Below, in pieces: positions 11,391 to 24,766 of a stretch of DNA of 64,000 bases. A model generated the notes under the pieces. That model was given only the letters and a program-made list of their open reading frames with translations, made no database searches and was not told where the DNA came from. Each line of letters opens with the position of its first letter. Positions within the stretch are counted from its first letter, which is position 1. The stretch spans positions 30,442,001 to 30,506,000 of the forward strand of contig OZ336875.1 in assembly GCA_965287045.1 (NCBI GenBank). Direction: 5' to 3'. The translations under genes and the position numbers were made by a program. The stretch is from Carcharhinus amblyrhynchos (taxonomy: Eukaryota).

Positions 11391-14300
11391 GAGTGAACCT
11401 CTGTGCACACTCAGACACGCAAAGAGCTGTTTTCATTTTTTGTTCTGATTAGAGAACAAAATGAAACTGGCGGTATAACCCACATCTATTGATCTCTCAT
11501 TATTCAGTTCAGGTTTCAAACTGGTACCCACAAAGGAAGAAATAATTTTGTACATAAAATCAAACAGAAAATTAAGTCTTCAAGTGTGCAAAACTGGAAC
11601 AAGAAAAAAAAGTCCTATTTGTGTGCTAGTTTGACAATCTGACATGTGTACTGAATTGGAGTAGAGAATTGTGTAAACATTCGGAGAGTGTTTTCAGTTC
11701 AGATCTCAGTATGGTGTCGCCTGGACAATTTGCCACTGGCAGCATCCAGGTTGTACTCTTGTCACTGTCGACAATGTAAAGAATGTAAACTGCATGCCTC
11801 TTGCAGGGTCTGGGAACCAAATACCCGTGCGTCACCAGAACTGCCATTAGAGACAGGATAAAATTCAACGTTATCTCCATATTGAACCTCCAAGTAAGCC
11901 GCGCAGTGAAAGCCCAAGCAGGGAACACAGCGCTCATTGGTCTTGTCTTTCGTTTTGAGTGCAATTTTCATGTCAACTTTAACCACACCATAAAAAAAAA
12001 CAGCAATACTAAACTGTCCTAGAGTGCAACCACAAGTGTAAACAGAGGGCGAAGGCTCACAGACATTGTTCTAAGTACCAACTGAATCTGTCAGTGATTT
12101 ATTTCACAGGAACATATTCTGAAACTAACACTGTTTCATGGGGGCAGACCATGCCTCTTTGGCATTAGGGGAGCTCAATTTATCTATAACAATTCAGCTA
12201 TTAAATAAAGTTTAAATGTTTCCCTTTACCACAGTAAAGGCCTAGCTTTCAGTCTACAGTTCCAACGAACAGAAACACCGTTTGTGCTTTTATTATTTTC
12301 ACTGTTTCTTCTTTTACTTTTTGTGAATCCACGGAAGGCATTAGGTAATCGTTATTACAGCCGAGTTCTGACAAATATACAGCTAACATGCAAAGGCATT
12401 GTTAGCTGCATTTTAGTGTTGAGAGTGAAGCCTGGTGTTCTTTACTCGCATCAGGTATGTGTTTATCTGTGGCTGACTGTGCTATGTATCAGTTTGCATA
12501 GTTTTAAAAATTTAATGTTTAGGTCTGGAATGTTAAAAACTGTGCAGACCAATACTTCACACCTTAAAAAGGCAAAGCCTTGCTATGGTATTTTATCCTG
12601 TTGCTGCCTTTTGAAAGCAGTAGAATTCAATGTTTTGCAGGCATTGGAATGCCATTTGCTTTATTAAATTTACCGTAAGAGCTAGCTCTAATGCTAAAAT
12701 AATAAAAACAGACCCATTTTCCTCATAAATCCTATCTAAAAATATAATTGTGCCTGTTGGAGCTTTGCACCACGTGATGAAATGATATACTGTATCTAAT
12801 CTACATATCTTTGTATGTCTCTAGAAGCTAATAAATTCCTTCAGCAATAAGATTTTTTTAATCGTGTAAAATGCACTCTCCTTCTTCATGGGTATTCTAC
12901 CCACCATAATGTTAAATAATTCTATTAGCAGATAGTTCATTACAATAACAGGGGTGGCTGTGCTGGCAGCCCTGTATCAAGAGTCCTACATTCTAAAAGC
13001 TCAACTACAGTTAGTACTCTTGATCCATTCTCAGCCCCCCTAACATCACATAGAGTCTGATATTCCTTTCAAGTAAAAATGCAACATGTCATGGCAAGAG
13101 TTTAATTTTGTTCAACTGAATATTTATTGATTTTTCAAAAAGTAATCTTCGAAGCTAATTTTAAAGCGATGTATTCAAGTTGTCCTTTTTTTTCCTTAAA
13201 TATTTCAGTTGTGTTTTCGTTCATAAATTTAAAAAGAAACTTTGACATATTTCTCGTGCATGTGAGCCATATCATCTATTAAATGTTGTGGTTTAAAAAA
13301 TAGTTTTGTTAAAAAAAAAGTCCACAGGGTCAGCACTTGTGTAAACTTCTGTGAAGAGGCAGTTGTCTCTGACCATTATAATGAGGATAATGGAGGAAAT
13401 ATATTATAGCAGTTAACATTTCAGAACATCAAATCAGGCAGAGACAGACGCAAGTGATGATATTGCACAGATACAGTATTGGGAGATTATTCCTGCTGCG
13501 GTGGTTTAAAGCTGAGAGGAATAATGTGGCTAAAACATCCTGATCTATTTAAACATGACACTCTGGAAAAGAAAATTATGCCTTTTTCATGTGCACAGTT
13601 GAGTGGTTGAGATGGGGCTGTTACCTGGATTTCATTTCAGTGTTACCAGGTTTTGATGCCAGCCTATCACGGGTTCAAATAATTTACTTTCCAACTGCTG
13701 TTTAAATGCACCAAAATAATCCAAAAATGCTTTCCCCTCAAAAAAAAATGGATAAATCAAATTCTATAGTTTCATGTCTTCAGCTGAATGCTAGAATCTT
13801 TAAAATGTTACAATAATTTGCAATGATATTTATTGCTTCATATTTAGCTAGTATACGTACATATATATATATCTTCATAATTTCAAAACATAGATTTTGT
13901 TTTAAGCTCATCGTAATATGTATATTAAGCACCAACAGTGTAAAATCTATTTTAAATTCAGTCTATTTAGGCTGGAACTAAAGCTGGGCGTAGTTTTGAC
14001 CTTCGATTTATAGTAATGTTGGTTGCAATGCAAAAAAGAGCAGAAGATCTCACTGGGAAGCAAAGTTCTATTTTTGCTCTCGGTGTTAGCCACGGTTTAT
14101 AATTATTTTGTGCAGGAGGAGAGTTCTTGATATATTTTATTTTCCATTTAACAGTGCGTATGAATGAGTTGAGAGTCTTTCTTTTCCCCTATGCCATCCC
14201 AAACCACTTTTCTATTTTTTTTGGCCTTAATCTATTTAATCCAAGGCAAGACGTCAATAATTATCTTATTTCTCTCATTTTAATTATTTTACCTTTTATC

Positions 14301-15249
14301 AACGATAAGTGGACAGACATCATCTGATAATACGCACAAAGCTGGAAAAAGAAAGTTGGGGTAAAAGAAAAAAAAATCAGGTGACCAAAAGTGAAGCCAA
14401 GTATCCCACACCAGCTTGACATTCTCCCACCCACACATAATTGCAACATTAATTTCCGAGTCTGGACAGGAAGGGTTGAAAATACCTCTGCTACAGCTGC
14501 TGGTGCAGAATCTGCACTTGTGTCAGCAAACGGGTCAAACTGCGTTGGCGCAAACAGTGTTGGCGTTGTTGTGCCAAGCCAAATATTTTGTCCAGTGGGT
14601 CTTCAAGTGAAATGGGAAATTTTAATTGAAAAGGAAAATTTCTCTTTTTTTTAGCCAAAATGTATGGTGGTTTAGTGACTAGTAGGTAATTAAGAGCATA
14701 TATTTTTGGTTAACTCCTCCAAGACGAGTGCAGCTGACTTCCCTGAGAACCTAAACACAAACAAAGACCTTTTGTTGTAGCCACACTGAATGGAAATCAA
14801 AACTGCTTCACCCAAATTTTCCGTTTTCTCTCATCATTTATCGACAGCAGTAACTCACATTTGGGTACAGATCCAAACCTTCTGGTTTCTTGTCCACATC
14901 TGATGCCAGAGAGTGGGCTTATTTTAACTTTCCGTGGGGATGAGGAACAAGTAATTGTCAACTGGTCGCTCATTGTATAGCCTGTTGATTCGACTTAAAT
15001 GGAAATTAAAATTGGGTGAGGATTATAACAGGCAACTATTTCACAGTTGTCCATCCCTGCTCTCCACACACACCCCTCCAACACAAACTTAAAATGACCT
15101 CCCAGTGAATGTTAGCAGGTTATTTGACAATAACACTTACATATTTGAATTCCATGCCATCACTTGCTGAAATTCATGGACCCCATTGTCCAACAGGAGT
15201 CACTAGATAGCTATCAAGAGTGAAAATCCCTCCAGGTTTATCTTTACCT

Positions 15250-15540
15250 TGGAGATGGGTATGGCATCCTATTATTGCACTGGCTTTAATATCATTCATT
15301 CTTATTCCACCATGGCAATTTATGAAATTGATTTCAGTAAATCTGCTAATTTATGTATCAGCGCCAGAACAATGAATGCTGCTGAGGCAGCAAATGTCTT
15401 CAGGGAAGGGAAGCTCCACACCTTGCCTGGTTTTGTCTATACATGACTCCAGTCCCACACTACACAGCTGACTTTTGAATCCCCTCGGGGTAACTTAGTG
15501 ACGGACAATCAATGTTTCCCAGCAACAAATTAAAAATAGT
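15250..15540 (+). mobile_element. Old tRNA-derived SINE, same family as 53078-53447
   Basis: cttcagggaagggaagctccacaccttgcctgg...catgactccag..ccacac aligns to the reverse complement of 53150-53240. Confidence 0.6.
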
Positions 15541-16308
15541 TCTGGAGACCAATTGTGAGTAGCAGGGATCAAAGCTGGGGTATTTCTCATTGTTACCATA
15601 GCAAATGGCGTACCAACATTTGGAGCTTTCAAGATAGACTCAGACCAAACAATCTAAGCTTTTGCAATTTTTCCACTGCCTAGGGTTAGATGCAGAACAT
15701 GATCTCCTTAAATGGCCTTGAAGGAAAGCCCAATAACTTTATGGCTGACATGATGACCTCATTGTTTTGCTACTTCTACCTATTGTAAATTAATTGCTTT
15801 AAATCACTGCTTTAAGTTGTAAACATGACTGCATGCGGGGCAGAGTGTAAGAAGTTTCCCATTGCATATGCCTGTGTTACACCTGACCTGGGAGATTCTG
15901 ACGCTGACACAGGATGATTGAAACCTTTAAAGTGCAAAATGTTCCACTCAGCATGGGACATAATCTGAGCGATGCATTGGAAATACTTGTGCTGCGATTA
16001 GTTTAATGGCTTGCTGCAAGTCCGATTTTCCCTGCTGACTGCATAGGTTTCAGACTGAGCTTCAAGGTTAGAGGCTGCAAGGAACTTCTTGAGTGCTTAA
16101 TTCACCAACATGGCTCCTTCACCTTTCAAAAGCGTGTCTTTGTATTTGTATGACAAAATCACAACCCAGACACCTTGTTGGCAAATCTGCCCATTTGGAT
16201 TGCAAGGTGGATTTGATGCTTCTGGATACTATTGTGCACATAGAATCTACAAGTAGACAGCTGGTACAAAAATGCATTTGTTTGGATATTCTAGTTAGTG
16301 CCTTGCTT

Positions 16309-16632
16309 GGGTGGCATGGTGGCGCAGTGGTTAGCACTGCTGCATCACAGTGTATGGGACTCATGTTCAATTCCTGCCTTGGGTGATTGTCTGTTGGGAG
16401 CTTGCATGTTTTCCCCATGTCTGCGTAGGTTTCCTCCAAGTGTTGCAGTTTCCTCCCACACTCCAGGGATATGCAATTAGGTTGATTGGCCATGCTAAAT
16501 TGCCCCTTAGAGTTAGGGGGTCTAGCACGGTGAATATGTTACAGGGAAAGGTCTTGGGATGGATTGTTGTCATTGCAGGCTTGATGGGCTGAATGGCTTC
16601 CTTCTACCCTATAGGCATTCTATTATTGTATG
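16309..16632 (+). mobile_element. HE1-like SINE with CR1-derived tail
   Basis: A-box head ggtggcgcagtggttagcactgc, V-like core, tail gatgggctgaatggcttccttct. Confidence 0.9.
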
Positions 16633-18694
16633 CTTGACGTTAGTAATTCTTTTTCAATATGGGTTTATTGCAAGGCTGCCAATTTCAGTCTTAAATGATG
16701 TGGCTACTGCTAATGCCCAGCCATTGAATGGGATGCTTCATTTGAGATAGCTATGATGACAGTTGATTGCTTTATTTATTAGCACTGAAGGTGACCATGC
16801 AAAATAGATGGTTTGCCAAACAGAGTTTGAGCATGATTGGCTCCCAAACCTGGTTAAAATTGATCTCTGTCTGCAGCACCAGTTGTACATTCATTGATGC
16901 AGACATTGGCCCCTGTGGTAGTACAGAAACTGAACAAAGGGACTCTATAGAGGCATGTCAAAATAAAAAAAAGACCTTCATCAAAGACCACCCAAAACAA
17001 AAGTAATTGTTGGAGGAAAGAGAGAAAGCAGCGAAACCACCTGGTTTATTGAAAGAGAATACAGAAAGCGTACTTGTGTATTCCTGTTCAAGTCATGGAC
17101 ATCAAAAAGTCAACAGGTTTGGATATGAGTTGGCAGCATCAACAAGTAAGAACGCTTTCCACATTTCAGTAAGGTTCCATATTTTGTGACCAGGTGTCAG
17201 GACACAATTCTGATTTATCTTTCATGAAGCAGATAAGGATCACTGTACCTACAGCTGTGTGAGTGGACTGTTTGGGATGGAACGCATTTGCATATCAAAC
17301 AGCCACATGTGCACAGCAGTACAGTAATTAAAATGCAGTGGTTTGGGCTGTCTGTACTGGCAGTGAGGCCGAGTGTTGTTGAAAGTGAGTGCAGTGTGCA
17401 GGCGGTTATGCTGCTGCATTTCTCTCCAAATACACTTATAATTTTCTACAAACATTAATGCCAATCCACGCTCTTCTGTGGCTGACTTGCTTACAATCCA
17501 AAACCATTCCGAGTTGAAAGTATTTTTCTCTATCAACCCTCTCATTGTGGGTTTGTGCATTGACTATTTTTATTCTGCTTGTTTGTATTTCCTTTCGCTA
17601 AAATGAAAATGAGACCCTTTTCTGTTTGTGTTGAAAGAGTTGTTTCTTTTGCACTTGATTTATTCCCCTTGAATTTCCCCCTCCCCATTTAGAAAGTACC
17701 CGTTGTGTTATCCAATTACTGTTACTGGTGTATGGTCTGATATCATTGCTATTATAAACAGTCTGTGTCAGACCTACTGGATGAAGGAAATCACTTCTTG
17801 GTTACTTCTTGAAGAAAGGATTTAAATGTTATATTTAGTGACATGAATTACATCTATTTGAAGGGCACTAACTGTGCAAGATTTAAAAATAAACAAATAA
17901 AAACACCACATACATAATATATAAATATGGTTTTCTGTTTTTATCCAGATGCTTTATTTTTATTAAGTTTTCTTTAAAAGTCAGTTCATGTCTCATATTA
18001 CTAAAAATGAATTCACTGTGGTGCACCCATCAAATTGTACTTAAAACTTGCAAAGTGATTGTTTTCGAAGTGCTTAACAAAAATTCATTGCGCAATGTCT
18101 CTTGTTTCAACAAAGTGATTCCCAACTGAATCACTGTTATAATTAGCAGAGGAGTTTAATCTGTGGCAAGAACTGCTCTGTGTAGTTCCCTTAGTGCGTG
18201 GTCATGACTGCCGGCTGTATGTTCCATGTGTTAGCAAATTAGTTTCAGGATTTTTGCCTTCATCTTTTGATCTACTCTCCCTCAATGCTTTCTCCACCCT
18301 TAGGTAAAGTTTACTTCTTGCTCCTCACTCCATTTGCTCCACCCATGGTACTCATTCTTTCAGGGAATTCCCCCTTCCATACGTCTTCCTTTAATTTCTT
18401 CCTTGCCACTTACCTCCAAGCTTTTGAAACCACCTGGATCCTCTTCCTTTGGTTTGAGTTGTTATCCAACTCCCCCAGTTCCATGTTCCTTCTTTTTTTT
18501 CCTCTTGCTTGGTGTCTGTCATTTTCCTGACATATTTTAATAGGAGGAGCTCGAAGAAATGTGAGTTGTTGCTATTAAGACTTGCCCTAACTCTAATAAC
18601 TAATGTTGTAAACAAATAGTAAATATTTTTTGCTGACTAGAATGATTTAAAGGATGTGTGCAGAGGAATACAACATAGTGCAGTGGCTTATTCT

Positions 18695-18981
18695 GGGGGC
18701 ACGGTGGCACAGTGGTTAGCACTGTGCTAAAGACCCAGATTTGATTTCCAGCTTGGGTCATTGTCTGTGTGGAGTCTGCACTTCTCCCTGTGCCTGCGTT
18801 GGTTTTCTCCGAGTGCTCTGGTTTCCTCCCACAGTCCAAAAGATGTGTTGGTTAGGTGCATTGGCCATGCTAAATTCTCCCTCAGGGTACCCAAAAAGAT
18901 ACCGGAATCTAGTGACTAGGGGATTTTCATAGAAAGTTCATTGAAATGTTAATGTAAGCATACTTAATAAATAAACTTTAA
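18695..18981 (+). mobile_element. HE1-like SINE, alternative tail (aataaataaacttt)
   Basis: tRNA-like head; 8-bp TSD cttattct at 18687-18694 and 18982-18989. Confidence 0.9.
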
Positions 18982-19200
18982 CTTATTCTTTATCTGTATC
19001 TGAACTAGGAGTGCTTGATGCCTCAAAATGTCCTACTTCCCAATATTGCTATCCTTGTATGTGTAAAATTCAGAGAAAATAACCAACTAACTCTTCTGTG
19101 CAGACCTTCTCACAGAAAATGGGGACACTTTGATTCTGGCTGGGTTTGAAGTGTGTAGTGATAATTGCATTGTAATGCTACCTGTAGGAGATAATTCCTT

Positions 19201-19508
19201 GGTGGTGCGGTGGCACAGTGATTAACACTGTCGCCTCACAAAGCCAGGGACCCAGGTTCCATTCCTGGTTTGGGTTTGTCCGTGCAGAGTCTGCCCATTC
19301 TCCCTGAGTCTGTGTGGGTTTCCTCCAGGTGCTCCGGTTTCCTTGTACAGATTAAAAGACGTGCTGGTTAGGTGCATTGGCCATACTAAATTCTCCCTCA
19401 ATGTACTGGAACAGGTGCCAGAGTGTGGCGACTAGGGGATTTTCACAGTAACTTCATTGCAGTGCTAAGGTAAGCCTATCTGCAACACTAATAAATAAAC
19501 TTTAAAAA
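19201..19508 (+). mobile_element. HE1-like SINE, alternative tail
   Basis: Near full-length copy highly similar to 18695-18981. Confidence 0.9.
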
Positions 19509-19799
19509 ATCATCCTTTGAAAGGATGTTTTATAAATATAATTTTTTGAAATAATACCAAATCTCTTACATGGAATGATTCAAGTAACATTTTTACGACA
19601 CTGTGCCTAATACTGGAACTAGCAATGATAAATACTGTCAGATCCTCAGCACCATTATGCATCTGTAGCTGAACTGCTTTCTTGTCTGCCCAAATGCAAG
19701 AGGAATTCAGATTTCCTGAACTAAATTTAATAAGTGTTTTGCTTCTCTTAAAGGGAATTTGTTGATGCCTATTGTTGTTCCAATTCAATTTTCTTGAGC

Positions 19800-20312
19800 A
19801 ACGGCAGTGCTGGTGACAGGGGGGGTCAGAAGAAGTTTGTTAACCTGTTCTCATATCCTCATGGTTGCGAAGAGGCGGCGTGACAATAAAACCTTACCTT
19901 CAAAAATTGCTTTTCATGTGGAACCTTCACACACCTTACTGAGGAGACTAGAAGAGTCTGCAGAAGAGACTCTTTAGAGTTCTAGGCACTGCCCCTGGCA
20001 TTGCCAGGGAACTGTCTCCAAAGGCAACACTTGGGCAGTGCCAGGGCAGTTCCTAGGTAGTGCCAGGTGCACAGGGAAAGGGATGTTCTATTTCTGCTTT
20101 TGTACACCGGGCTGGCCTTTATAAATGGCACCCCAGTCTTTACAAAGATGGTTGCTGGCCCTGCCCCCTCAGCATGACACTACGGGCTTGCCCCTTGGAC
20201 CTCTTTTTTCAGAGCTCCTAACGCTATGGTAGAGAAAGCTGCCATTGGGGCCCACAGCCTCAATGTCACCCTTGCCACACTCTGCAAAACAAAAGGGAAA
20301 ATTCCACCCACT
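19800..20312. mobile_element. GC-rich non-autonomous DNA element remnant (PIF/Harbinger-like)
   Basis: ggcactgccc/gggcagtgcc motifs shared with 27766-28960; ends in gggaaaattccaccc. Confidence 0.45.
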
Positions 20313-21799
20313 GTACACATTTCATCGAAATCAATTTTGCCGAAGTTTTGCCTGAATGCTTGAATGTTGAGTTTCTGGGAGCAGAAGGAGATCTCTCCAA
20401 GTCAAATCAGGTAAAGCTGGACTAAAGAATGGATGGTCCATGAGGATCAAGAGAACATGGTGGATGTCGTAAACCACTCACCTTTGTTGTTTGTGGAAGT
20501 GAATAGTCTCATCACACAATTAAAAGTATTTATTGAGTGAAAGTGCCCTGGTGCAACTAATCAATTGCTCCATTGCTAAATACAATGGCCGAGTGAAGCC
20601 AAGCCCTGCAGGCCAACAAGACCCCACTTTCAATACTGCCTGTGGAATTTTGCCCAGCTTAAGTCAGTGCCTTCGAGAAAGGAAGAGAGAAAAGTGAAGA
20701 AAAGAAGTGACGTAGGCATCTTGCCCAACAAGTGCCTGAACTGGCTGAATACTGAAAGGATCTTATCAACATCCTTTCTGGTGAAGAATGACACCTCACT
20801 GCTAAGCTTTGAAGCTTATAGAATCATATATAGAATTTGATTCTGTGAGTTATATGCAGGTATTTAAGCCGCTACAGCCACACTTTTTTCAAGCTCTTTC
20901 ACTCTGCATTGCAGTCCGGCGGCAATCACTGGTTTTAGTAACTTTGATATTATTATCACATTTTGAAATTATCGTGATTGGATCCTTTGAAGAAGAACGA
21001 ACAGGCGTTGTCAGCCTCAATAGGATGTCCTCTAAGTGGAAAAGTTTTAAAATACTGGGTTTAAAACCAGAATTGCCCAGGCTTAACAGTAATGTACTTA
21101 CATTATGTGGTATAATCCTTCCCACAAATATCCATACTCTGAGGGGCCATTTAGCAGTTACTGTGCAGCTGTTACACAACGTTTTAATTAACTCTTGCCC
21201 CTTTCCCTTAATATTGTGGTAAAACAGCCTGAAAGGATCTGCATGTTACTTATTGCAGACATTGCTGAATGATGTGGAGCTGCCCTTCACTAACAGCAAT
21301 GCAAATTCATGGGGGAAACATTATTAATGGCATACTCAATAACAGGGGCTAGGAATAATAATAAAAGAAAAAAAATCATTTAAACACTTGTGTTCATGCC
21401 TCCTGAGAGTGTTTAAAATAATTAGCTTCTTTCCCCTCTTAAATAAGCATTTTTTTTTGCTAACATGTTCTGCTGGCACTCTGTCTCAATCCAGCTGTAT
21501 CTGCCTCCGGGTCAGATTTGACAAGGCACCTATCTTATTTGTCACTGCGCATTGTACTGTCTTGCAAGAAGGGTTAGTTGTAAGGTAGGTGGCAATTCAC
21601 AGCTCTTGTTAACATTAATAAAGCCACATTAGGAATCAAACTCAAGTTGCGTCAACTGCCAATTCCTTCTTCAAAAGGCACATTAACCCATTAAACGCCA
21701 GTGCTACAAAATTCGTCTTTGCAATTTTTGATGTACAAAAGCTTCCTTGTCAGCTAGTAGAATAAAAATGTTAACTTGGTTAAAATGTACAGCATGGGG

Positions 21800-21938
21800 N
21801 NNNNNNNNNNNNNNNNNNNNNNNNNNNNNNNNNNNNNNNNNNNNNNNNNNNNNNNNNNNNNNNNNNNNNNNNNNNNNNNNNNNNNNNNNNNNNNNNNNNN
21901 NNNNNNNNNNNNNNNNNNNNNNNNNNNNNNNNNNNNNG
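21800..21938. other. Assembly gap (139 N)
   Basis: Run of N. Confidence 1.
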
Positions 21939-21946
21939 AGTAACAG

Positions 21947-22052
21947 TGTAAGAAATCTCCACTTGGAGCCAGCAGTTTGTGATGTCAATGGTAGTCATGA
22001 TGTGGAGATGCCGGCGTTGGACTAGTCCAACGCTGGCATCTCCACATCATGA
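21947..22052. mobile_element. Penelope-like pLTR fragment ending in a 58-bp palindrome
   Basis: Shares atgatgtggagatgccggNgttggact with 33370, 44847 and 60711; agtaacag direct repeat at 21939-21946 and 22053-22060. Confidence 0.8.
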
Positions 22053-22214
22053 AGTAACAGCACAGCAGTCACTATTGAAGAAGAGCTCAATCTGTGGTTT
22101 AATGTTAACTCTTTTTTGTTGTAATTTTAGCATTTTATATACCTTATATTTAAATATTGGTTAATTGATTAGTTGGCTGGCGCTCAGGAATTTGTCCATA
22201 TGATCCCCCACTAA

Positions 22215-22341
22215 GGGCAGAATTTTACCGGTACATCCACCCAAGTTTCACACGATCCCGCTCGATGCCAATGGAGAATGCTGTTCTCTGAGCTGAGTCC
22301 GCCGCTGGAATCGGGGCTGGCATGTCGGTAAAATTCCGGCC
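22215..22341. mobile_element. PIF/Harbinger-like MITE
   Basis: TIRs gggcagaattttaccg / cggtaaaattccggcc flanked by TAA on both sides. Confidence 0.8.
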
Positions 22342-22479
22342 TAAGTGTATTGCTGCAATTCTATAGTGCTTTGATGAGGCCTGCATACATGAGCTGTTGG
22401 CCAAAGGACAGTGGCTCTATTGAATGCCAGTTGCACCAGAGTAGGTGTTACACCATCGTTAGTCACTTCCTCTCTGGTG

Positions 22480-22910
22480 GCACAGGCATTAAATAGAGCT
22501 GGAGGGTTGGGCGGGGTGGGGAGGGGAGACCCACTGTTCATCCATCAAGAGTGCCTGAGTGGAAAAAGGTACCCACAGCCTTCCGTGGCGAGCTGATGCA
22601 GGGCTCTCGAGCTGGCAGCTGAAATCCCTGTCATGTCTCCAAGATTCCACTCATGGTTTGCTTGTCATTCCGCCCATCTCTTTATTAATACCTGTGGTGG
22701 CAGAATGAGCCCTTTGTGGACATAAATTGGCCACCAATGGGCCTCAATTGGTCATCATGTAGGAAGGCCATCCACAGGCCTTCTTGCCATGGATTTACTC
22801 AGGATTGAAGTTGGAAGGTGGTGGGGTCAGCATTCATCACCTTCCTGCCTGATTAAATGCTGGCCTTGTCAACAGACTCATCACAGAGAAGGGCAGAAGA
22901 TTCCACCCCA
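22480..22910. mobile_element. GC-rich non-autonomous DNA element remnant
   Basis: GC-rich diverged repeat ending gaagattccaccc, like other Harbinger-like ends in the window. Confidence 0.4.
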
Positions 22911-22959
22911 TGATAATTTGAGCAACTTGGGTTGATACTGTCTGGAGTTTAGAAGAATG

Positions 22960-23330
22960 AGAGGTCATTGTGTAGACCAGACAATATTTTAAGGGACAAT
23001 ACAAGGTAGATGCTGAGAAGTTGTTACCTCTGGAATCTAACACACAGGGGCACAGCCTTAGGAGAATTGGTCTAAGATGAGAAATTTCTTCACTTGCGGG
23101 GGTTGTGAACCTTTGGAATTGTCAACCCCAGAGGGTTATGCTGCTTTATTGTTGAATATATTTAAGAACAATAGAGACAGATTTTTAATATCTTGGGATT
23201 TCAAAAGCTATGGAGAGTGAGCAGGAGAGTGGAGTTAGGGCAGAATATCAGCCAAAGTTGTATTGAATGGTGGAACAGACTCAAGGGGCCATATGTCTAT
23301 TCCTGCTCCTATTCCTTATATTCTTATGAG
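22960..23330 (+). mobile_element. CR1 LINE 3' end, diverged
   Basis: gggcacagccttagg...ttcttcact...ctttggaattg...tcctgctcctattccttatattcttatg. Confidence 0.85.
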
Positions 23331-24766
23331 CTTGTCCTTAGATCGGTGAAATTAGAAATATACTTTCATTTTACTGGAAATATTGCCCACAGGAAATGTT
23401 CATGAATGATTTTAAGTTATCTTTATGCAAAATGAGTGGAGCCATTCTTGCCTTGTTTATGGCAATACTGGATGTCATTTTAAAATTAAAAAATAAAAAT
23501 TATCAAAAGGTTACTTGTTCAGTCCCAGGCAACATCAGACACACCCAGTGTGGAGATATGCTGGGCCACTTTAAATAAGCACCACACTCTGGTCAAATAG
23601 ATGGAACCCTTTTCCTTTCACGCAATCCTTGCATCTCATGGAAAAAGTTTTAATAAGCAAAGAATATTGCTACTAAATTAGGATATTAAAACAGCAAGAT
23701 TTATGTCTAGAATCTGCTCAAAGCCAGAATTATCCAGGCTTAATACAATTGGATTTATATTATGTGGCAGATTTAGTGAAGTTCTTTTTTTGGCTTTATG
23801 TTAAATATTGCTTTTTCAGTCTGTACACATCCAATGGGCAAAATCCCAGGTCATTCCTTAACATCCCACCCCCACTCAGAAAATAGTGTTTGACAGGAAA
23901 TCATTAGAACTGCAGCTTGTCCCTGTACAGTGCCCTAGCCCAATGTTCAGTCTGAAGGTACACAATGAACAGATCGCCCTGTTTGGATATATTGCATTTT
24001 TCTCCGTGCTATCTTAATCTTCTGCTATTTCAATGTTTAAAAATATTGGCTATGAAATTATGCGTGGGACACCACAGTAGGAACGCTTAACTCGATTGTA
24101 TGTAAGTCCCTCTCTGCTATCTTAATAGAAGCGCTAAACCATTTATAATAAATGAATGAATGCCTCTGCTCAAATGGTGGGGGTAGGAATTTTGCAAGAA
24201 TGGACGAAGCACTCATGCAGGACTATCCCATATGGCATTTCAAGGCCTGTGGCCATGCTAATCGAGTTTTTCCATTTGGCCACAAGCAGCATTTTAATAG
24301 CAATTGCTATTTTGGAAGTTATGAGGAAAGTTTGGCTGACATCATGGCATCACTCAGATTGGAAATCGGTCAGTAGGAAAGTATTGTCCTTTTGCACACA
24401 TCTTGCTGCTCTGTCAGTCTCTTTTGCCAATCTGTTGCAAAGGGCAGTGTCCCCTTTTGTAACAGTTGGCACATTGTGAGTTTAGTCCAGCACCCACAAA
24501 AACAAATCACCCAAGTATATGACTGATTGGATTAATCCAAGACCTGATTGCATTTCCTCTGGGTGTGCTTAAAATTAAGGTTCATTGACTTGCCAAGTCA
24601 GAAGCTGGACAGGATGCAGAAGAAGGGAGAAAGGGTGTGATCACTGAGTTTTGCTCGTCTGCGTAAAATTCATTTAGAATCAAAGATGTCTTAATAACTT
24701 TCACAGCTGAATGGCAAGACAAAAAATGGGGGAGAGGTAGGATAGAACCAGTTTTTATTTTAATAA

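Noticed and set aside
12395-12410. Resemblance to miR-449/miR-34 (attgttagctg)
   Set aside because: The GGCAGTG seed is missing and the hairpin is too short for a pre-miRNA.
19898-19957. 60-nt minus-strand exon-like segment (tctgcag...aag|gtaagg)
   Set aside because: Lies in or beside a GC-rich repeat remnant; peptide unrecognised; no partner exons.
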